64,000 nucleotides of DNA, from positions 3,776,001 through 3,840,000 of the forward strand of contig OZ245365.1 in the NCBI GenBank assembly GCA_965226495.1. Direction: 5' to 3'. The stretch's first letter is position 1, and every line of letters begins with the position of its first letter. Of this stretch, positions 50,491 to 61,147 are shown in pieces. The DNA is from Candidatus Marinacidobacterales bacterium (GTDB lineage: Bacteria > Acidobacteriota > Vicinamibacteria > Marinacidobacterales > DATDRI01). A program made the position numbers and the translations under genes. The notes beneath the pieces were generated by a model, which did no database searches, was not told the DNA's origin, and saw only the letters and a list, made by a program, of their open reading frames with translations.

Positions 50491-53085
50491 TCAGAAATCG
50501 AACCCGAACCTCATACCCGCCGACAGCGGCACACTGTCCGCGAACTCCCCGAAGAACGGACTACCGATATTACTGTAGACATCGCGGGGGTTGAAGTGAC
50601 TCGTCGTGTTGAAAACCTGAAAGCCGACGCGAAACGTCTTACGGTGAAAGGTGAGCTGCTTCATAACCCGAATGTCGAACGAAAAGAACGATGGAAACCG
50701 GCCGCCTCGGTTGCGCTCACCAACAACTCCATAGTCCGGCGTGAAAGTAGTGTATGGAAAACCAGAGCGCCACTCGAAACCTGGGGTCAGAAAAACATCA
50801 TGAGGCAGCTCGACGACACCCCATAGAAGAAACCGATGCGGCACGTCGAAGGGTTGCAAGGAAAACTCGTTGTCGAGCAGGACCGGGCTTCGTCGATCGC
50901 GGTAAAGTGTTTCGAAATTGTTCAGGTCCCCCGAAGTCCGAGACCTGACGTACGAGAGGAACAGTTGCCCGCCCGATGAAAGGTTCTTCCGCACCGTGAC
51001 GTCGAACTCCTTGGTGTTCGAGTTACCGTTTGACGACAGCAGGAGCATCGGACCCTCCGGGGCCTCCTCCAGACGATCGACGACCATCTCGTCGTTCCCG
51101 CGCCGCTCCTGATACTTGACCCTCACCAGCCAATCCTCGCCGAACTGGTGGTTGAGCTCCAGGTTCCAGGTTGTACTAACCGGAACATCCAAGTCCGGGT
51201 CGGTCACATTTCGGAACACCAATGGTGGACCGACCGGCTCTTCATCCAGCCCAAACTCCGTCTCGACCCGCGTCTGCAGGGACTCGAAGTCGCCAGCATG
51301 AAGAAAGACATGATCGAAGAACACGCCCCAACCCCCCTTGAGAATGGTGCGCCCTTCTTCCCACGGCGAATAGGCGACCGCGAACCGTGGTGCGAAGTGT
51401 TGGCTGCCGGTGATCCGGTTGTAGTCGTAACGCAGGCCCGCATCGATACCGAGTCTCGACGTGGGTCGCCATTGATCTTGAACGTAGCCTGCAACGACCC
51501 AATCCGATGCACCAACTTGGGGGCTCCCCGTGAAATCCGTGGTACGAAGCAAGTTCCCGTCGGTTCCCCGCGTCTCGATCACCCCGCTCCTATCGATTCC
51601 ACTGAACGACGCATATGAGATATTGCTACCGACCTTCAAGACGTGATGGCCGTGCCGGCTGGGAATGAAGTGGGTGCAGGAGTTCTTGAATTCGAACAGA
51701 AGGCTATCGCGATCGATCTCGTTGAAGTAGTTTTCGCGAAGTCCGTTCACGGTTAGAAGGGAGTCGCCCTCACCCTGTGGAGTGACCCTGACATCGTAGT
51801 TCTTGACGGCGAACAGGGTCTCCCACAAGGTGTTGGAGTTAGTCGCGGCTCGCTCCGCGATCGCCAAATTCCACCCCGAGGCGTGGAACTCGGGCGTGGC
51901 GGTTTCAGGCTGCAAGACGCTCAGTCCCCAGTTGTCGATCTCCACCGGGAAATAGGAAAACGTCGTAGTGAGAGAGTGGACGTCGTTGATCTTCCAATCG
52001 AATTGCGTGAAGCTATCAACATTCTCGACGATCTCCTCGTCCGAACCGACGACGTCTTCGCGCACCCGAGAGCGCACGAACCGGTACGCGACGCCCTGGG
52101 AAATCCAAGCCTTACCTTTGCGTAACGGACCACTCACTTGGACGCGCGGTGTCCAGGAGTTGATCCCTTGAATCTTCCCGTCCCGCCATCTGAGGCTGGG
52201 GAAAAGCGCGCCGAAATCGACATCCCACTCGTCACCTCCTGCCCGGGTCACCACGTTCGCGACTGCGGCGGTGACGCTTCCGAACTCGGCGGAATAAGGA
52301 ATCGTGTACACCTCGACGCTATCCACGGCCTTCAACGGAAGCTCGAAGGCAAACTCCCCGGTGAGCGGGTCGGTCGCGTTCGAGCCGTTCACCAGGAGCA
52401 TGCTTTGGGCGGAACGGGCACCGTTGAAGTTGAGGCGCCCCCGTCGCCCCCGGACCACCCCAGGAAGAAGGGGTAACGCCTCTTGGAATCGATCGGCGGG
52501 GAGAGGTAGTACCTCGAGAATGTTACTGCTGATTTCTTGCTCGGACACGGGACTCGTAACGTCATCTAACGGTGCCTCTTGTACGCGCACCTCTTCGGAA
52601 ACGGCCAGTCGAAGATTCATGGAGATCTGGATCGTCTCGCCAGACTTTAAGTTAACAGGCGAGTGGATGAACTCTTTGAAACCGGCCAATGCTGCAATGG
52701 GAGTGTAAATGGCAGGAGGGAGGTTCTTGAAAACGAACTCCCCTGATTCATCGGTCCTCGAGGCCCGAGGGGTGGGGGTACCCGATGAATAAAGCGCAAC
52801 CATCACTCCCGGCTGCGGAACACCGGTGGGGTCGTAGACGGTCCCCTCGATAATGCCCTCGGAGCATAGAGCGCTAGCCGAGAACGAGGAAAGAAAAACG
52901 AAAACCAATAGATGCCCCAAGTAAGAATGATGAGGGATGGTGTTTCGTAAGAGCGCGAGCAAGGATGACCTGGCCTCAATATCGACCATGAGAGACTCGT
53001 CGATGCAGCCATGCGCGATGCCAGGCACGCCGGCGCCGCCAAGTCTATCACAGGCAAGTAGGGCCACTTCGCCCTGTTGGCTCAT
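50491..53085 (-). CDS. TonB-dependent receptor with carboxypeptidase-regulatory-like N-terminal domain
   Basis: I.GTV.D.TG...PG..V, TD..G.F.F..L, LLPGV, SAEFG, QDQW, GLRYD, PR..AY, terminal F; the true start is probably downstream of 53085. Confidence 0.8.
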   Translation of the reverse strand: MSQQGEVALLACDRLGGAGVPGIAHGCIDESLMVDIEARSSLLALLRNTIPHHSYLGHLLVFVFLSSFSASALCSEGIIEGTVYDPTGVPQPGVMVALYSSGTPTPRASRTDESGEFVFKNLPPAIYTPIAALAGFKEFIHSPVNLKSGETIQISMNLRLAVSEEVRVQEAPLDDVTSPVSEQEISSNILEVLPLPADRFQEALPLLPGVVRGRRGRLNFNGARSAQSMLLVNGSNATDPLTGEFAFELPLKAVDSVEVYTIPYSAEFGSVTAAVANVVTRAGGDEWDVDFGALFPSLRWRDGKIQGINSWTPRVQVSGPLRKGKAWISQGVAYRFVRSRVREDVVGSDEEIVENVDSFTQFDWKINDVHSLTTTFSYFPVEIDNWGLSVLQPETATPEFHASGWNLAIAERAATNSNTLWETLFAVKNYDVRVTPQGEGDSLLTVNGLRENYFNEIDRDSLLFEFKNSCTHFIPSRHGHHVLKVGSNISYASFSGIDRSGVIETRGTDGNLLRTTDFTGSPQVGASDWVVAGYVQDQWRPTSRLGIDAGLRYDYNRITGSQHFAPRFAVAYSPWEEGRTILKGGWGVFFDHVFLHAGDFESLQTRVETEFGLDEEPVGPPLVFRNVTDPDLDVPVSTTWNLELNHQFGEDWLVRVKYQERRGNDEMVVDRLEEAPEGPMLLLSSNGNSNTKEFDVTVRKNLSSGGQLFLSYVRSRTSGDLNNFETLYRDRRSPVLLDNEFSLQPFDVPHRFLLWGVVELPHDVFLTPGFEWRSGFPYTTFTPDYGVVGERNRGGRFPSFFSFDIRVMKQLTFHRKTFRVGFQVFNTTSHFNPRDVYSNIGSPFFGEFADSVPLSAGMRFGFDF

Positions 53086-53159
53086 GCTCGCCTGGCGTTA
53101 GGTAGCGAAACCCTTCCCCCTTGCAAAGCCTCGCCTCCCAACGTAAGGTCCGATGCGCC

Positions 53160-54575
53160 ATGGAAAGCCCCAGCTGGCTTAGCCTGCTTCCCCCCTTGGT
53201 TGCCATCCTAGTCGCTATCTGGACCAAGCAAGTCTACCCTTCGATATTCGCAGGAATCTGGTTGGGATGGACCATCCTCGACGGCGGCAACCCCGTCGCG
53301 GGCCTCCGTGACGCCATTCAGGCGTGTATCGACGTCTTCAAAGATGAAGGCAACACCAAGGTCATCGCGTTCAGCGCTTCGGTGGGCGCACTCATCACGT
53401 TCACTCAACGCTCCGGGGGGGTCGCCGGCTTCATCCGTTGGGTCACCGAACGCGGCTACGTTCGCTCGGCCCGTGGAGCTCAGCTCCTTGCCGTTGCGCT
53501 CGGCTTCGGGATCTTCGTCGAATCCAGCATCACGTGTCTCGTTACCGGTTCCATCGCGCGCCCGCTCTTCGATCGCTACAAGCTGTCGCGCGAAAAACTC
53601 GCCTACGTCTGCGATTCGACCTCGGCGCCGATTTGCATTCTCATCCCCTTCAACGGGTGGGGAGCATACGTCATGGCGCTGCTTGCCGCACAAAGTGTCG
53701 AAAACCCCATTTCGGTTCTGATTGCTGCGATCCCTCTGAACTTCTATTCCATTCTTGCGGTGTCTTACGTGCTGTATATCGCCGCATCGGGCCGGGACTG
53801 GGGTCCCATGGCACGGGCGGAGAAGCGAGCACTTGATGAAGGCAAAGTGATTCGGGATGGCGCCGAGCCGCTGGTGTCTACCGATGTCTTGAACCTCCCT
53901 CCCAAACCAGGACTGACTCCGCGCGCCCGTAACATGCTCGTCCCACTCGGAGTCATGGTGGCGATGATGCCGATCGGCCTCTGGATCACTGGGGACGGCA
54001 ACCTGATGTCCGGCAGTGGTTCAACGTCAGTGCTGTGGGCGGTGCTGGCGGCGATCGCCGTTGCCGGCGGGATGTACTTGCGTCAACAGATTTTCACGTT
54101 CGCCGAGTTGATGGACCTGCTCTTCAAAGGCATCGGCGGGCTCATGCCACTGGCGCTTCTCATGATGTTCGCGTTCGCCATCGGCGCCACCTGCCTGGAA
54201 CTACAGACCGGAGTCTATGCGGCCGGGTTAGCCGAAGGCATCCTCAGCGCTGCCCTCGTCCCGATCACTCTCTTTGTACTTTCGGGATTCATCGCCTTCT
54301 CGACCGGGACTTCATGGGGAACGTTCGCCATCATGTTGCCCATCGGTATTCCCATGGTCGAGCTCCTTGGCGCCCACCTTCCGTTGACCGTCGCTGCGGT
54401 TCTGGCAGGGGGCGTTTTCGGAGATCACTGCTCGCCGATCTCGGATACGACCATCATTAGCTCTATGGCTGCCGGCTCGGATCATATCGATCATGTGAGA
54501 ACACAGTTCCCCTACGCCGTCCTCATGGCGATTCCTAGCGCGCTGCTGTTTCTCTTGTTCGGGTTCTTTCTTTAG
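53160..54575 (+). CDS. NhaC-family Na+/H+ antiporter-like transporter
   Basis: SLLPPL.AI, SREKLAY..DSTSAP, F.TGTSWGTF, G.FGDHCSPISDTTI.SS, HV.TQ.PYA. Confidence 0.88.
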   Translation: MESPSWLSLLPPLVAILVAIWTKQVYPSIFAGIWLGWTILDGGNPVAGLRDAIQACIDVFKDEGNTKVIAFSASVGALITFTQRSGGVAGFIRWVTERGYVRSARGAQLLAVALGFGIFVESSITCLVTGSIARPLFDRYKLSREKLAYVCDSTSAPICILIPFNGWGAYVMALLAAQSVENPISVLIAAIPLNFYSILAVSYVLYIAASGRDWGPMARAEKRALDEGKVIRDGAEPLVSTDVLNLPPKPGLTPRARNMLVPLGVMVAMMPIGLWITGDGNLMSGSGSTSVLWAVLAAIAVAGGMYLRQQIFTFAELMDLLFKGIGGLMPLALLMMFAFAIGATCLELQTGVYAAGLAEGILSAALVPITLFVLSGFIAFSTGTSWGTFAIMLPIGIPMVELLGAHLPLTVAAVLAGGVFGDHCSPISDTTIISSMAAGSDHIDHVRTQFPYAVLMAIPSALLFLLFGFFL

Positions 54576-54606
54576 GGAGGGACGCCAAAACAGTGAGTTG
54601 CCATAA

Positions 54607-55911
54607 TCAAGGTGGCCAGGCGTCCGTCAGGCGATCACTGATCACCTCTCCGCCCTTTACGACGAAATCCACGCGCTCGAGAAGCGTGACATCGGAGAGC
54701 GGATCTCCCTCCACCGCGATGAAATCGGCAAAGCGACCCGGTTCGATCACTCCGACATCATCGGTCCAACCCAAGAGCTCCGCGGCGTGGATCGTGGCAG
54801 CCCGGATCGCCTCGAGTGGTGACATGCCGTACTCGACCATGTACGCGAACTGTTTGGCGTTGTCCCCATGAGGATAAACCGCCGCGTCGGTTCCGAAGGC
54901 AATCCGTACACCGGCCTCGTGGAGGCGGCGGAAGTTCTCCCGCTGCGCCTGTCCGACCTCCTTCTCTTTTCGGATTGACTCGGGAAGTATTCCTGTCTCG
55001 GCACCTTGCTCCAAGATGAAGGTGTCGACGTAGATGTCCATGACCATCACCGTCCCTTTTTCCTTCGCCAGGCGGATCCCTTCGTCGTCGATGAGGCTGG
55101 CGTGCTCGACGGAGTCGACGCCGGCCCGAATCGCGGTCTTGATTCCGTCCGCGCTATGGGCATGGGCCGCCACCTTGCGGCCCAGCGTGTGAGCTTCGTC
55201 GACCAGAGCTTCCATCTCCTCTGACGTATACTGTCGAGACGAGATCGTCGTTCCTTTCGAGAGCACCCCCCCGGTCGCGCAGAACTTCACGAGATCCGCC
55301 CCGTACTTGGCGACCTCACGAACCTTGGCGCGCACCTCCCAAGGTCCGTCGGCAACCCCTTCGGCGGTGTAGGCGAACTCGGGAGGCAGCAAATTGGAGT
55401 CGCAGTGCCCGCCTGTAATACCCAACGCAGGACCGGAAACGGACATACGGGGCCCCAGGATCTCACCGTCCTCGATGGCATCTCTAAGAGCGACGTCGGC
55501 GTATCCGGGTCCCCCGACGTTGCGCACGGTGGTGAAACCCGCGTCGAGCGTTTTCCGCGCGTTCACGACTCCATGGATCGCTTGCCTCGATACGGAAAGA
55601 GCCAGCTTGCGGTAGCCCTGGTACCGATGGTCACTCGTCAAATGGACGTGCAGGTCGATGAGACCGGGTAGAACCGTCGCCCCGCCCAGGTCGACCACCC
55701 TCGCACCATGGGGAACCGCTAGCTCGTCCCACGGCCCGACCTGTTCGATCCGGTCTCCACGGATCAGAATCGCCTGATTCGAAAGCGTGTCACCGGAACG
55801 AACGTCGACGAGTCGCCCGGCTCGCACGTAAACGGTTCCCTCGTCCGCAGTCAAAGCGGCGGTGGGTAGGAACGTTGACGAGAAAACCAAGAGGGCTAGC
55901 AGCCTTTGCAT
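54607..55911 (-). CDS. Secreted amidohydrolase (Xaa-Pro dipeptidase-like)
   Basis: PGLIDLHVH, GFTTVR, TGGH.D, K..ATGGV.S, AHAH, SVEH, FGTDA, HG.N. Confidence 0.88.
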   Translation of the reverse strand: MQRLLALLVFSSTFLPTAALTADEGTVYVRAGRLVDVRSGDTLSNQAILIRGDRIEQVGPWDELAVPHGARVVDLGGATVLPGLIDLHVHLTSDHRYQGYRKLALSVSRQAIHGVVNARKTLDAGFTTVRNVGGPGYADVALRDAIEDGEILGPRMSVSGPALGITGGHCDSNLLPPEFAYTAEGVADGPWEVRAKVREVAKYGADLVKFCATGGVLSKGTTISSRQYTSEEMEALVDEAHTLGRKVAAHAHSADGIKTAIRAGVDSVEHASLIDDEGIRLAKEKGTVMVMDIYVDTFILEQGAETGILPESIRKEKEVGQAQRENFRRLHEAGVRIAFGTDAAVYPHGDNAKQFAYMVEYGMSPLEAIRAATIHAAELLGWTDDVGVIEPGRFADFIAVEGDPLSDVTLLERVDFVVKGGEVISDRLTDAWPP

Positions 55912-56104
55912 GACGGCCTCCCAAAAACGGATATGGATGAGGTGCGCGGCCATTGTAGCATGTGAACTGGACGGATCAGGCTAGCCCATGAAAAAATAGC
56001 CGGCCGATGGAGATCACATGAAACGTCGAGCCACAGGAGGATGCATGAACACCCTTCTCAAGAGAAAACGACGAGCAGGGTAAGAGCTAACCTCATGTCG
56101 AAGG

Positions 56105-56960
56105 CTATTGCTCTCGAATCTCTTCCAGGCGCTCCAATATTCGACGGTTCCCCGGGAAATCGACCAGCAAGGCCTCGAGCGTCTCTTGTGCTGCGTCTCT
56201 TTCACCGGCCGCTTGTAAAGCATCCACTAAGAGTAGTCCCGAGCGGTAAACGAGGCGTCGATCGTCCTCGGAAATCGTGATTCCGTCGAGCGCCGCAAGA
56301 GCCGCGGTCGCGTTTTGGCGGTCTTCCAGCCAGGACTCGGCCGCCAGGAGTTGTACCGAAGGACTGTCTGGAAAGCGTCGGGCCATCTCTTCGAACAGCC
56401 CTGCCGCTTCGTCCGAACGCCCTTGCCTTCTTTCGAGCTGCGCTTGATGATAGATTCCTGCGAGCAAAAGCCGGCCCACATCTTCGGGGTCCCCGGAGCG
56501 AACACCTACTCCACCAGCGTAGGAGTACACTAGTTCTCCTCCGTGCTCGCTCGCCTCATAAAGACAGAAAGAGTCCGCCCAGGCCGACCAGCGCGCTCGC
56601 GATATGAAGCGGTCATGATCGTCCCCGCTTCCTCAGAATCAGAGCGAGAAGTTCGAGGGCACCAACACGAGGACGAAGACGTTCCGGGTTCGTTCACCCC
56701 ATTCTTCGTGCTCCTTGACCATATCTCGCGCCCCGGGCACCCGTTCCGCCGGTCCGTGGGCATCTTCATCCGATTGGACCGCGATCACGACCGCCCCACT
56801 GCCCAGCAACAGCAGCGTCAGCGCGGCGGGACCGGTGAACGCCGCCCGCCCCGTCAAAGAAATCAACCTGAAGACGACACCCACCACTGCGATGGCGAAA
56901 TGCTAGGAGGGCGATGGCGAAATGGACGACCGCGGGGTGGTAGTAAGCCAGAGACGGCAA
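56105..56960 (-). pseudogene. Disrupted DUF2231-like membrane domain plus TPR protein
   Basis: HPAVVHFAIALL, AERVPGA...V.EHE, GGELVYSYAGGVG and a TPR tail fall in different frames; 14-bp duplication gcgatggcgaaatg at 56889 and 56911. Confidence 0.7.
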
Positions 56961-56964
56961 GTCG

Positions 56965-57432
56965 CTAGTCGCTCAGCTGAGAGTGGAGAAGGGAGAACAT
57001 CTCTCCCACTTTGTTACGAACCTGAGGGTTTGCCCTGGCCAGGTCGGTAACGATCTCGTCCCGCCGCGCGGAGATATCTCTAAGAGCCTGGAGCTTGCTT
57101 TCGGGAAGCGATGGACTCGCTTCCAAATACGTGGCTAAGCCGTCGAAAAAGGGAGTCACCTTGTCGGCGGCTATCCCAAAGTTGTTGTCGTTGACGTCGA
57201 TGAAAATCTGCCCGAGTTTTCCCAAGAGCTCGGCCAATCCAAGTTCTAGTTGCGCATGCTGGAGAGCCGCTTGGGTTTTTTGCGTCTCGGCCTCGGCAGC
57301 GTCCACCGCTGACTCCAACGCGCTCGCAGCTTGGCGAGCGGGAAGATAGGCGGTCAGATATCCACCACCGAAAGCGACCACAATGGCAACTAAGGCGATC
57401 ATAGTCCACTTGCTGCTCGACATGCTCGACAT
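56965..57432 (-). CDS. Hypothetical membrane-anchored helical protein
   Basis: GGAGGAG SD, N-terminal TM segment, coiled-coil-like region, NNFGIA motif. Confidence 0.6.
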   Translation of the reverse strand: MSSMSSSKWTMIALVAIVVAFGGGYLTAYLPARQAASALESAVDAAEAETQKTQAALQHAQLELGLAELLGKLGQIFIDVNDNNFGIAADKVTPFFDGLATYLEASPSLPESKLQALRDISARRDEIVTDLARANPQVRNKVGEMFSLLHSQLSD

Positions 57433-57537
57433 GCTCGACACCTCCTCCCTCGACGACGGTGACCTGACGATCTCGAATCCGGAATCATAACATGTGGTAA
57501 AGCCTTTGCTATAATCCTCTTCCGTCGGAGGTACACA

Positions 57538-58146
57538 TTGGCTCTCGGTTCTCATTTCAAGCGCAGCCTGTTTGCAGGCTTGGTCGTCGTCGTACCGCTG
57601 TTGGTTACCGGTTTCGTTCTGGTTTGGCTGGCGCGGCTCATCGAAGGCCTGATGGCCCCGGTGCTATCTTGGGCCCTCGGTCGCCCGGTTCCCGGGCTCG
57701 GTTTCGTTGCCGCTTTGGCGGTAGTCACGGTCGTGGGCATCGTTGCGACGACAGTGGTAGGCGGCAAGATTCTGGCGCGGGGCGAAGACTTCCTTACGCG
57801 GATTCCTCTTTTCAAGGACATCTACGTACCGGTCAAACAATTGATCGGTGCCTTCTCCCCGGCGAACGAATCCGGCTTCAAGAAGGTCGTGTTGGTGCCC
57901 CACCCGCAGGGAGGAGGCCTCCGGTTAGGCTTTCTGACCCGCGAGTTCGAGATGAAAGATGCGGACGGCCAAGCCGTTAGTTGGGCCGCGGTCTACGTTC
58001 CTACCAACCACTTGTACCTGGGTGATGTGTACTGTTTTCCGAGGGAGTCTCTGGGCGACCCGGTGCTAACGGTGGAACAAGGTGTACGAATCGTCCTTAC
58101 CGGCGGGACGTCCTTCCCACCTAGGGTAGACCTCGAACCGAAGTAG
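57538..58146 (+). CDS. DUF502 family membrane protein
   Basis: F.AGL.V.VPL..T, RIP....IY...KQ, F..VVLV, GF.T, VYVPT. Confidence 0.85.
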   Translation: MALGSHFKRSLFAGLVVVVPLLVTGFVLVWLARLIEGLMAPVLSWALGRPVPGLGFVAALAVVTVVGIVATTVVGGKILARGEDFLTRIPLFKDIYVPVKQLIGAFSPANESGFKKVVLVPHPQGGGLRLGFLTREFEMKDADGQAVSWAAVYVPTNHLYLGDVYCFPRESLGDPVLTVEQGVRIVLTGGTSFPPRVDLEPK

Positions 58147-58996
58147 GGATAACGCGCTTTCGGTGTGAGGTCGTCAGGCGAAACAAAATAAAGGTAAGGT
58201 CATCGGGTTTCGAAGGGGCCCTACCGCTACCTTCACTCATACGAGAACGCCCCCGCTCCGCCAGCGCCTTCATAGCGGTGGCCAGCGATCCCTTCCGCAT
58301 AAAGCCGACGATCTCTTCGCTCTTCAGGTTATCTACCAGCCCATCACTGGTGATCAGGAGAGTATCTCGAGCCGCAAGCTCGAGCGCGGAGCCGACGTCG
58401 ATCCGCATGTCCTCGCCCCCCACGATGTTGGAGACGATGTGGCGATCCTCGTGGTGAAGAGCCTCTTTCTCGTTGAGGAAGCCTCCCTCTAAGCCGTAAC
58501 CTACCGGCGAGTGGGAAATACTCTGCAACTTGATCTTCCCGCGCTGTCCGACGGCAAGAATCGGCGAGTCACCTACGTGATAGGGTCTGATCTTCTTACC
58601 TTGAACCTCCACCACCGCCAACGTCGTCCCGGCACCCACTCCCAGGCCGAGCACGGCGCGGTTGGCCGCTTCGAACCCATCTAGGATGGCGCCTCTCAAG
58701 TTTCCCCTCTTCCCGAGACCGCTCTCGACCGCATTTGTCAGGGCCCTCACCGCAAGGCTCGACGCTTCCATCCCGGCGCGCGCCCCGCCCAAGCCGTCGG
58801 CGACCGCGAGTACACAAGCGTCGCCACCACACGGAATGAGCACCGCTGCGTCTTCGTTGGGCGTTTCCTTTCCTGGACAACGCGACGAATAGACGGCGGC
58901 CGCGCCCGACCCCATTCCGAGCAACACCCCCTGGGCCATGTCCTCATTGGCGAAGACCTTGGTTCGAACCTCCGAGAGGAGCTCCTTTACTTCCAT
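58121..58996 (-). CDS. PP2C/PPM family Ser/Thr phosphatase
   Basis: NEDA, VADGLGG, GTT, HVGDS, SDGL.D, DD.T. Confidence 0.88.
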   Translation of the reverse strand: MEVKELLSEVRTKVFANEDMAQGVLLGMGSGAAAVYSSRCPGKETPNEDAAVLIPCGGDACVLAVADGLGGARAGMEASSLAVRALTNAVESGLGKRGNLRGAILDGFEAANRAVLGLGVGAGTTLAVVEVQGKKIRPYHVGDSPILAVGQRGKIKLQSISHSPVGYGLEGGFLNEKEALHHEDRHIVSNIVGGEDMRIDVGSALELAARDTLLITSDGLVDNLKSEEIVGFMRKGSLATAMKALAERGRSRMSEGSGRAPSKPDDLTFILFRLTTSHRKRVIPTSVRGLP

Positions 58997-59727
58997 TGCA
59001 TCATCTCGAGGTGCTGGCGGAGGTGCGAGGTGGTCGGGAAACGCTCGAGGATCAGCGAGCGTTTCAACCCGCAGCAGATGTCTTTGACTTCATCGGGTTG
59101 GTTCTTGTAGCGCTCCGCCCCCCCGGTCGCGTCATAGAAGATACGAACCAGGTCACATATGTCGTCTTGGATGTTTTCCCTCTTGGGCGTCGTCCAATGG
59201 AACATGTCCAGCAGTTTCAAGTCGAAACGCAGTCCGAAGCGGCCGACGATGATGTTCTCGGGGTGAAGATCCCCGTGGTACTCGCGGAGGCTATGGACAG
59301 CCTCGATCCCCACCACCAAAGCGTGTAGGAGGTGCACTGCCTGAAAGGGATTGATGCGTTTGCCCGGTTGCCGCTTGAGGAACTCGCTGAGAAGGATACC
59401 CTCCACGTATTCCGAGACAAGTACAATGATCGCAGTGCCGCGGAATTGGATGGTTTCCTCGGCGTAGTACTGAATGACGATGGGGCAATGGCGAAGCTTG
59501 TGAAGTTTCCGGGCGTAGAAGTTAGAGGTCTTGTTACGAATGTTCCGCTGCGGGAAAAACAGTTTGGCGGCACGTTCGATGCCGGTGCTTTTTTCTCGGA
59601 TCTTATAGACCTCGCCCTCCCATCCGGCACCGAGCAACGAAATCACTTCGTACTTGCGCGCGATGACGCGTCCCGGTGACAGATCGAACGAGTCTACGCT
59701 TGCGGCTCTCTTCCCGTTCTTTGGCAC
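58987..59727 (-). CDS. Small stand-alone protein kinase-fold protein
   Basis: LGAGWEGEVY, ERAAK, HGDLH.EN, and DMF at the DFG position; overlaps the PP2C gene. Confidence 0.8.
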   Translation of the reverse strand: MPKNGKRAASVDSFDLSPGRVIARKYEVISLLGAGWEGEVYKIREKSTGIERAAKLFFPQRNIRNKTSNFYARKLHKLRHCPIVIQYYAEETIQFRGTAIIVLVSEYVEGILLSEFLKRQPGKRINPFQAVHLLHALVVGIEAVHSLREYHGDLHPENIIVGRFGLRFDLKLLDMFHWTTPKRENIQDDICDLVRIFYDATGGAERYKNQPDEVKDICCGLKRSLILERFPTTSHLRQHLEMMQWK

Positions 59728-59949
59728 GTTTCGGTCGGTTCTTGTGTGTTTGAAGGCTATTGTACCGCACCACGCGCTTTACTGACTAGAGACCCCGCCA
59801 GCGTTTCGCCATGGTTTTGTTTCGCGGAGCCTATGGCTTATGATGGCGAGGCCAGCTTTCAGGATTTGGCTGGAGATGAAGCCCGGCGCGATCGACCGGC
59901 GGGACTCCCTGCCCGCGCCTACCCATTGTGAGAGCGGAGAAGACTTCGA

Positions 59950-60892
59950 ATGAGCAAGAATTTGGCCCCGCCTTGCCTCTGGTTTTGATCGGGGCACTCA
60001 TCGCACTTCCTGCAGTAACCGCCGGCACAGCCTGTAAAGAAAGTACAGAACGTACGGAAAGTCGAACTGCTCAATCGGGCCAAGGCGCCATACAGGCCCA
60101 GCTGCAACAGACTGGCGACTCCACCGCCGATTTCTACCGGCAAGTACTAAACGAGATCGTCAGCGCCGAGCTTCTTCACCAGCCTGCGCTGCGCGTGGCT
60201 ATCTCCCGCCGAAAGAGGAGGTGGACGGTCAGATCGCGCAGTTTCGTACTCGTTTCCCGAATCCGGGAGAGTTCGAAACGGCGCTGGGTGCACAGGGAAT
60301 GACCGCCGAGGGCTTCGCACACATGCTCGCTCTGGAGGCAGGTATGAAGAAACTTGTTGAGGCGGAGATTCTAGCCTCGATCAAGATAAGCGAGACCGCG
60401 AAATAGGAGTTTTACAGCGAAAACACCGACAAGATGAAGTCGCCGGAACAACTTCGTTTGAGTCACATTCTAGTGAAGGCCTCACCGGGTGACCCTGCCA
60501 CTGGCCGCGAAGTGGCGCGAAAGAAAACGGAAGACCTGAAGGCCCGTCTCGATGCCGGGGAGGACTTCGCTTCCTTGGCGGGCCAGAATTCCGACGATCC
60601 GGGGTCGAAAGCAAACGGCGGCGAGCTACCCTGGGTCTCGCGGGGAGACACCGTCCCCGCTTTCGAGCAAGCTGCGTTTGCCCTTAGTCCGGGAGAAACG
60701 AGCGAAATCGTCGAGACTCCGTTCGGATACCACATCATCAAGCTCGCCGAGCGCAAGCCCAGCCAGGCCTTGCCTTACGACGATGTGGTGGGTCGCATCG
60801 AGGAGTTCCTGACGCAGCAGGCCGTCCAAGAGCAGATCAAGAATCGAGTCGAGGTTCTGAAGTCCGAAGCTCAGGTCGAGATTTTTATCTAG
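59950..60892 (+). pseudogene. SurA/PrsA-like parvulin (PpiC) foldase, disrupted N-terminal half
   Basis: Intact SHILVK, F..LA..SDD.S..NGG.L, F..AAF.L, T.FGYHIIK at 60434-60892; the upstream part is split by frameshifts and an in-frame TAG at 60404. Confidence 0.78.
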
Positions 60893-60898
60893 TCATCG

Positions 60899-60980
60899 AT
60901 GAATGGCGCGGGGCCCCACCCCCACGCCTCATGCTTCGTCGACTGCGCGACTGCGCATGGGCTCAAGGCTGTGTTCACGC
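60899..60980. repeat. Structured dispersed repeat, partial copy C
   Basis: AATGGCGCGGGGCCCCACCCCCACGCC-TCATGCTTCGTCGAC...GCATGGGCTCAAGGCTG matches the first half of copy A. Confidence 0.85.
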
Positions 60981-61027
60981 ACTTGGCGTCTAGTCACGGG
61001 CACTGCTGGAGCTTGGTTTTCTTCGTG

Positions 61028-61056
61028 TTGACACTCGGCAGGGACTGAGACACAAT
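61028..61056 (+). promoter_or_regulatory. Candidate sigma70 promoter for ppk1
   Basis: TTGACA-17 bp-CACAAT about 90 bp upstream of the ppk1 ATG. Confidence 0.45.
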
Positions 61057-61147
61057 TTCGCGACGCTATCCTTTCCTTCGTTTTCGAGCCGCGTTCGTGA
61101 CTCCGTTGACAGATTGAAAGGCCCCGGTTTCCACACAAGAAGGACGC

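Noticed and set aside
56036-56083. Tiny ORF MNTLLKRKRRAG with AGGAGG upstream
   Set aside because: Only 12 codons, with short SD spacing and no homology evidence.
42884-60406. In-frame TAG codons at 42884 and 60404 as amber recoding or pyrrolysine
   Set aside because: Both genes also carry frameshifts, many intact genes here end at TAG, and no pyl genes are present.
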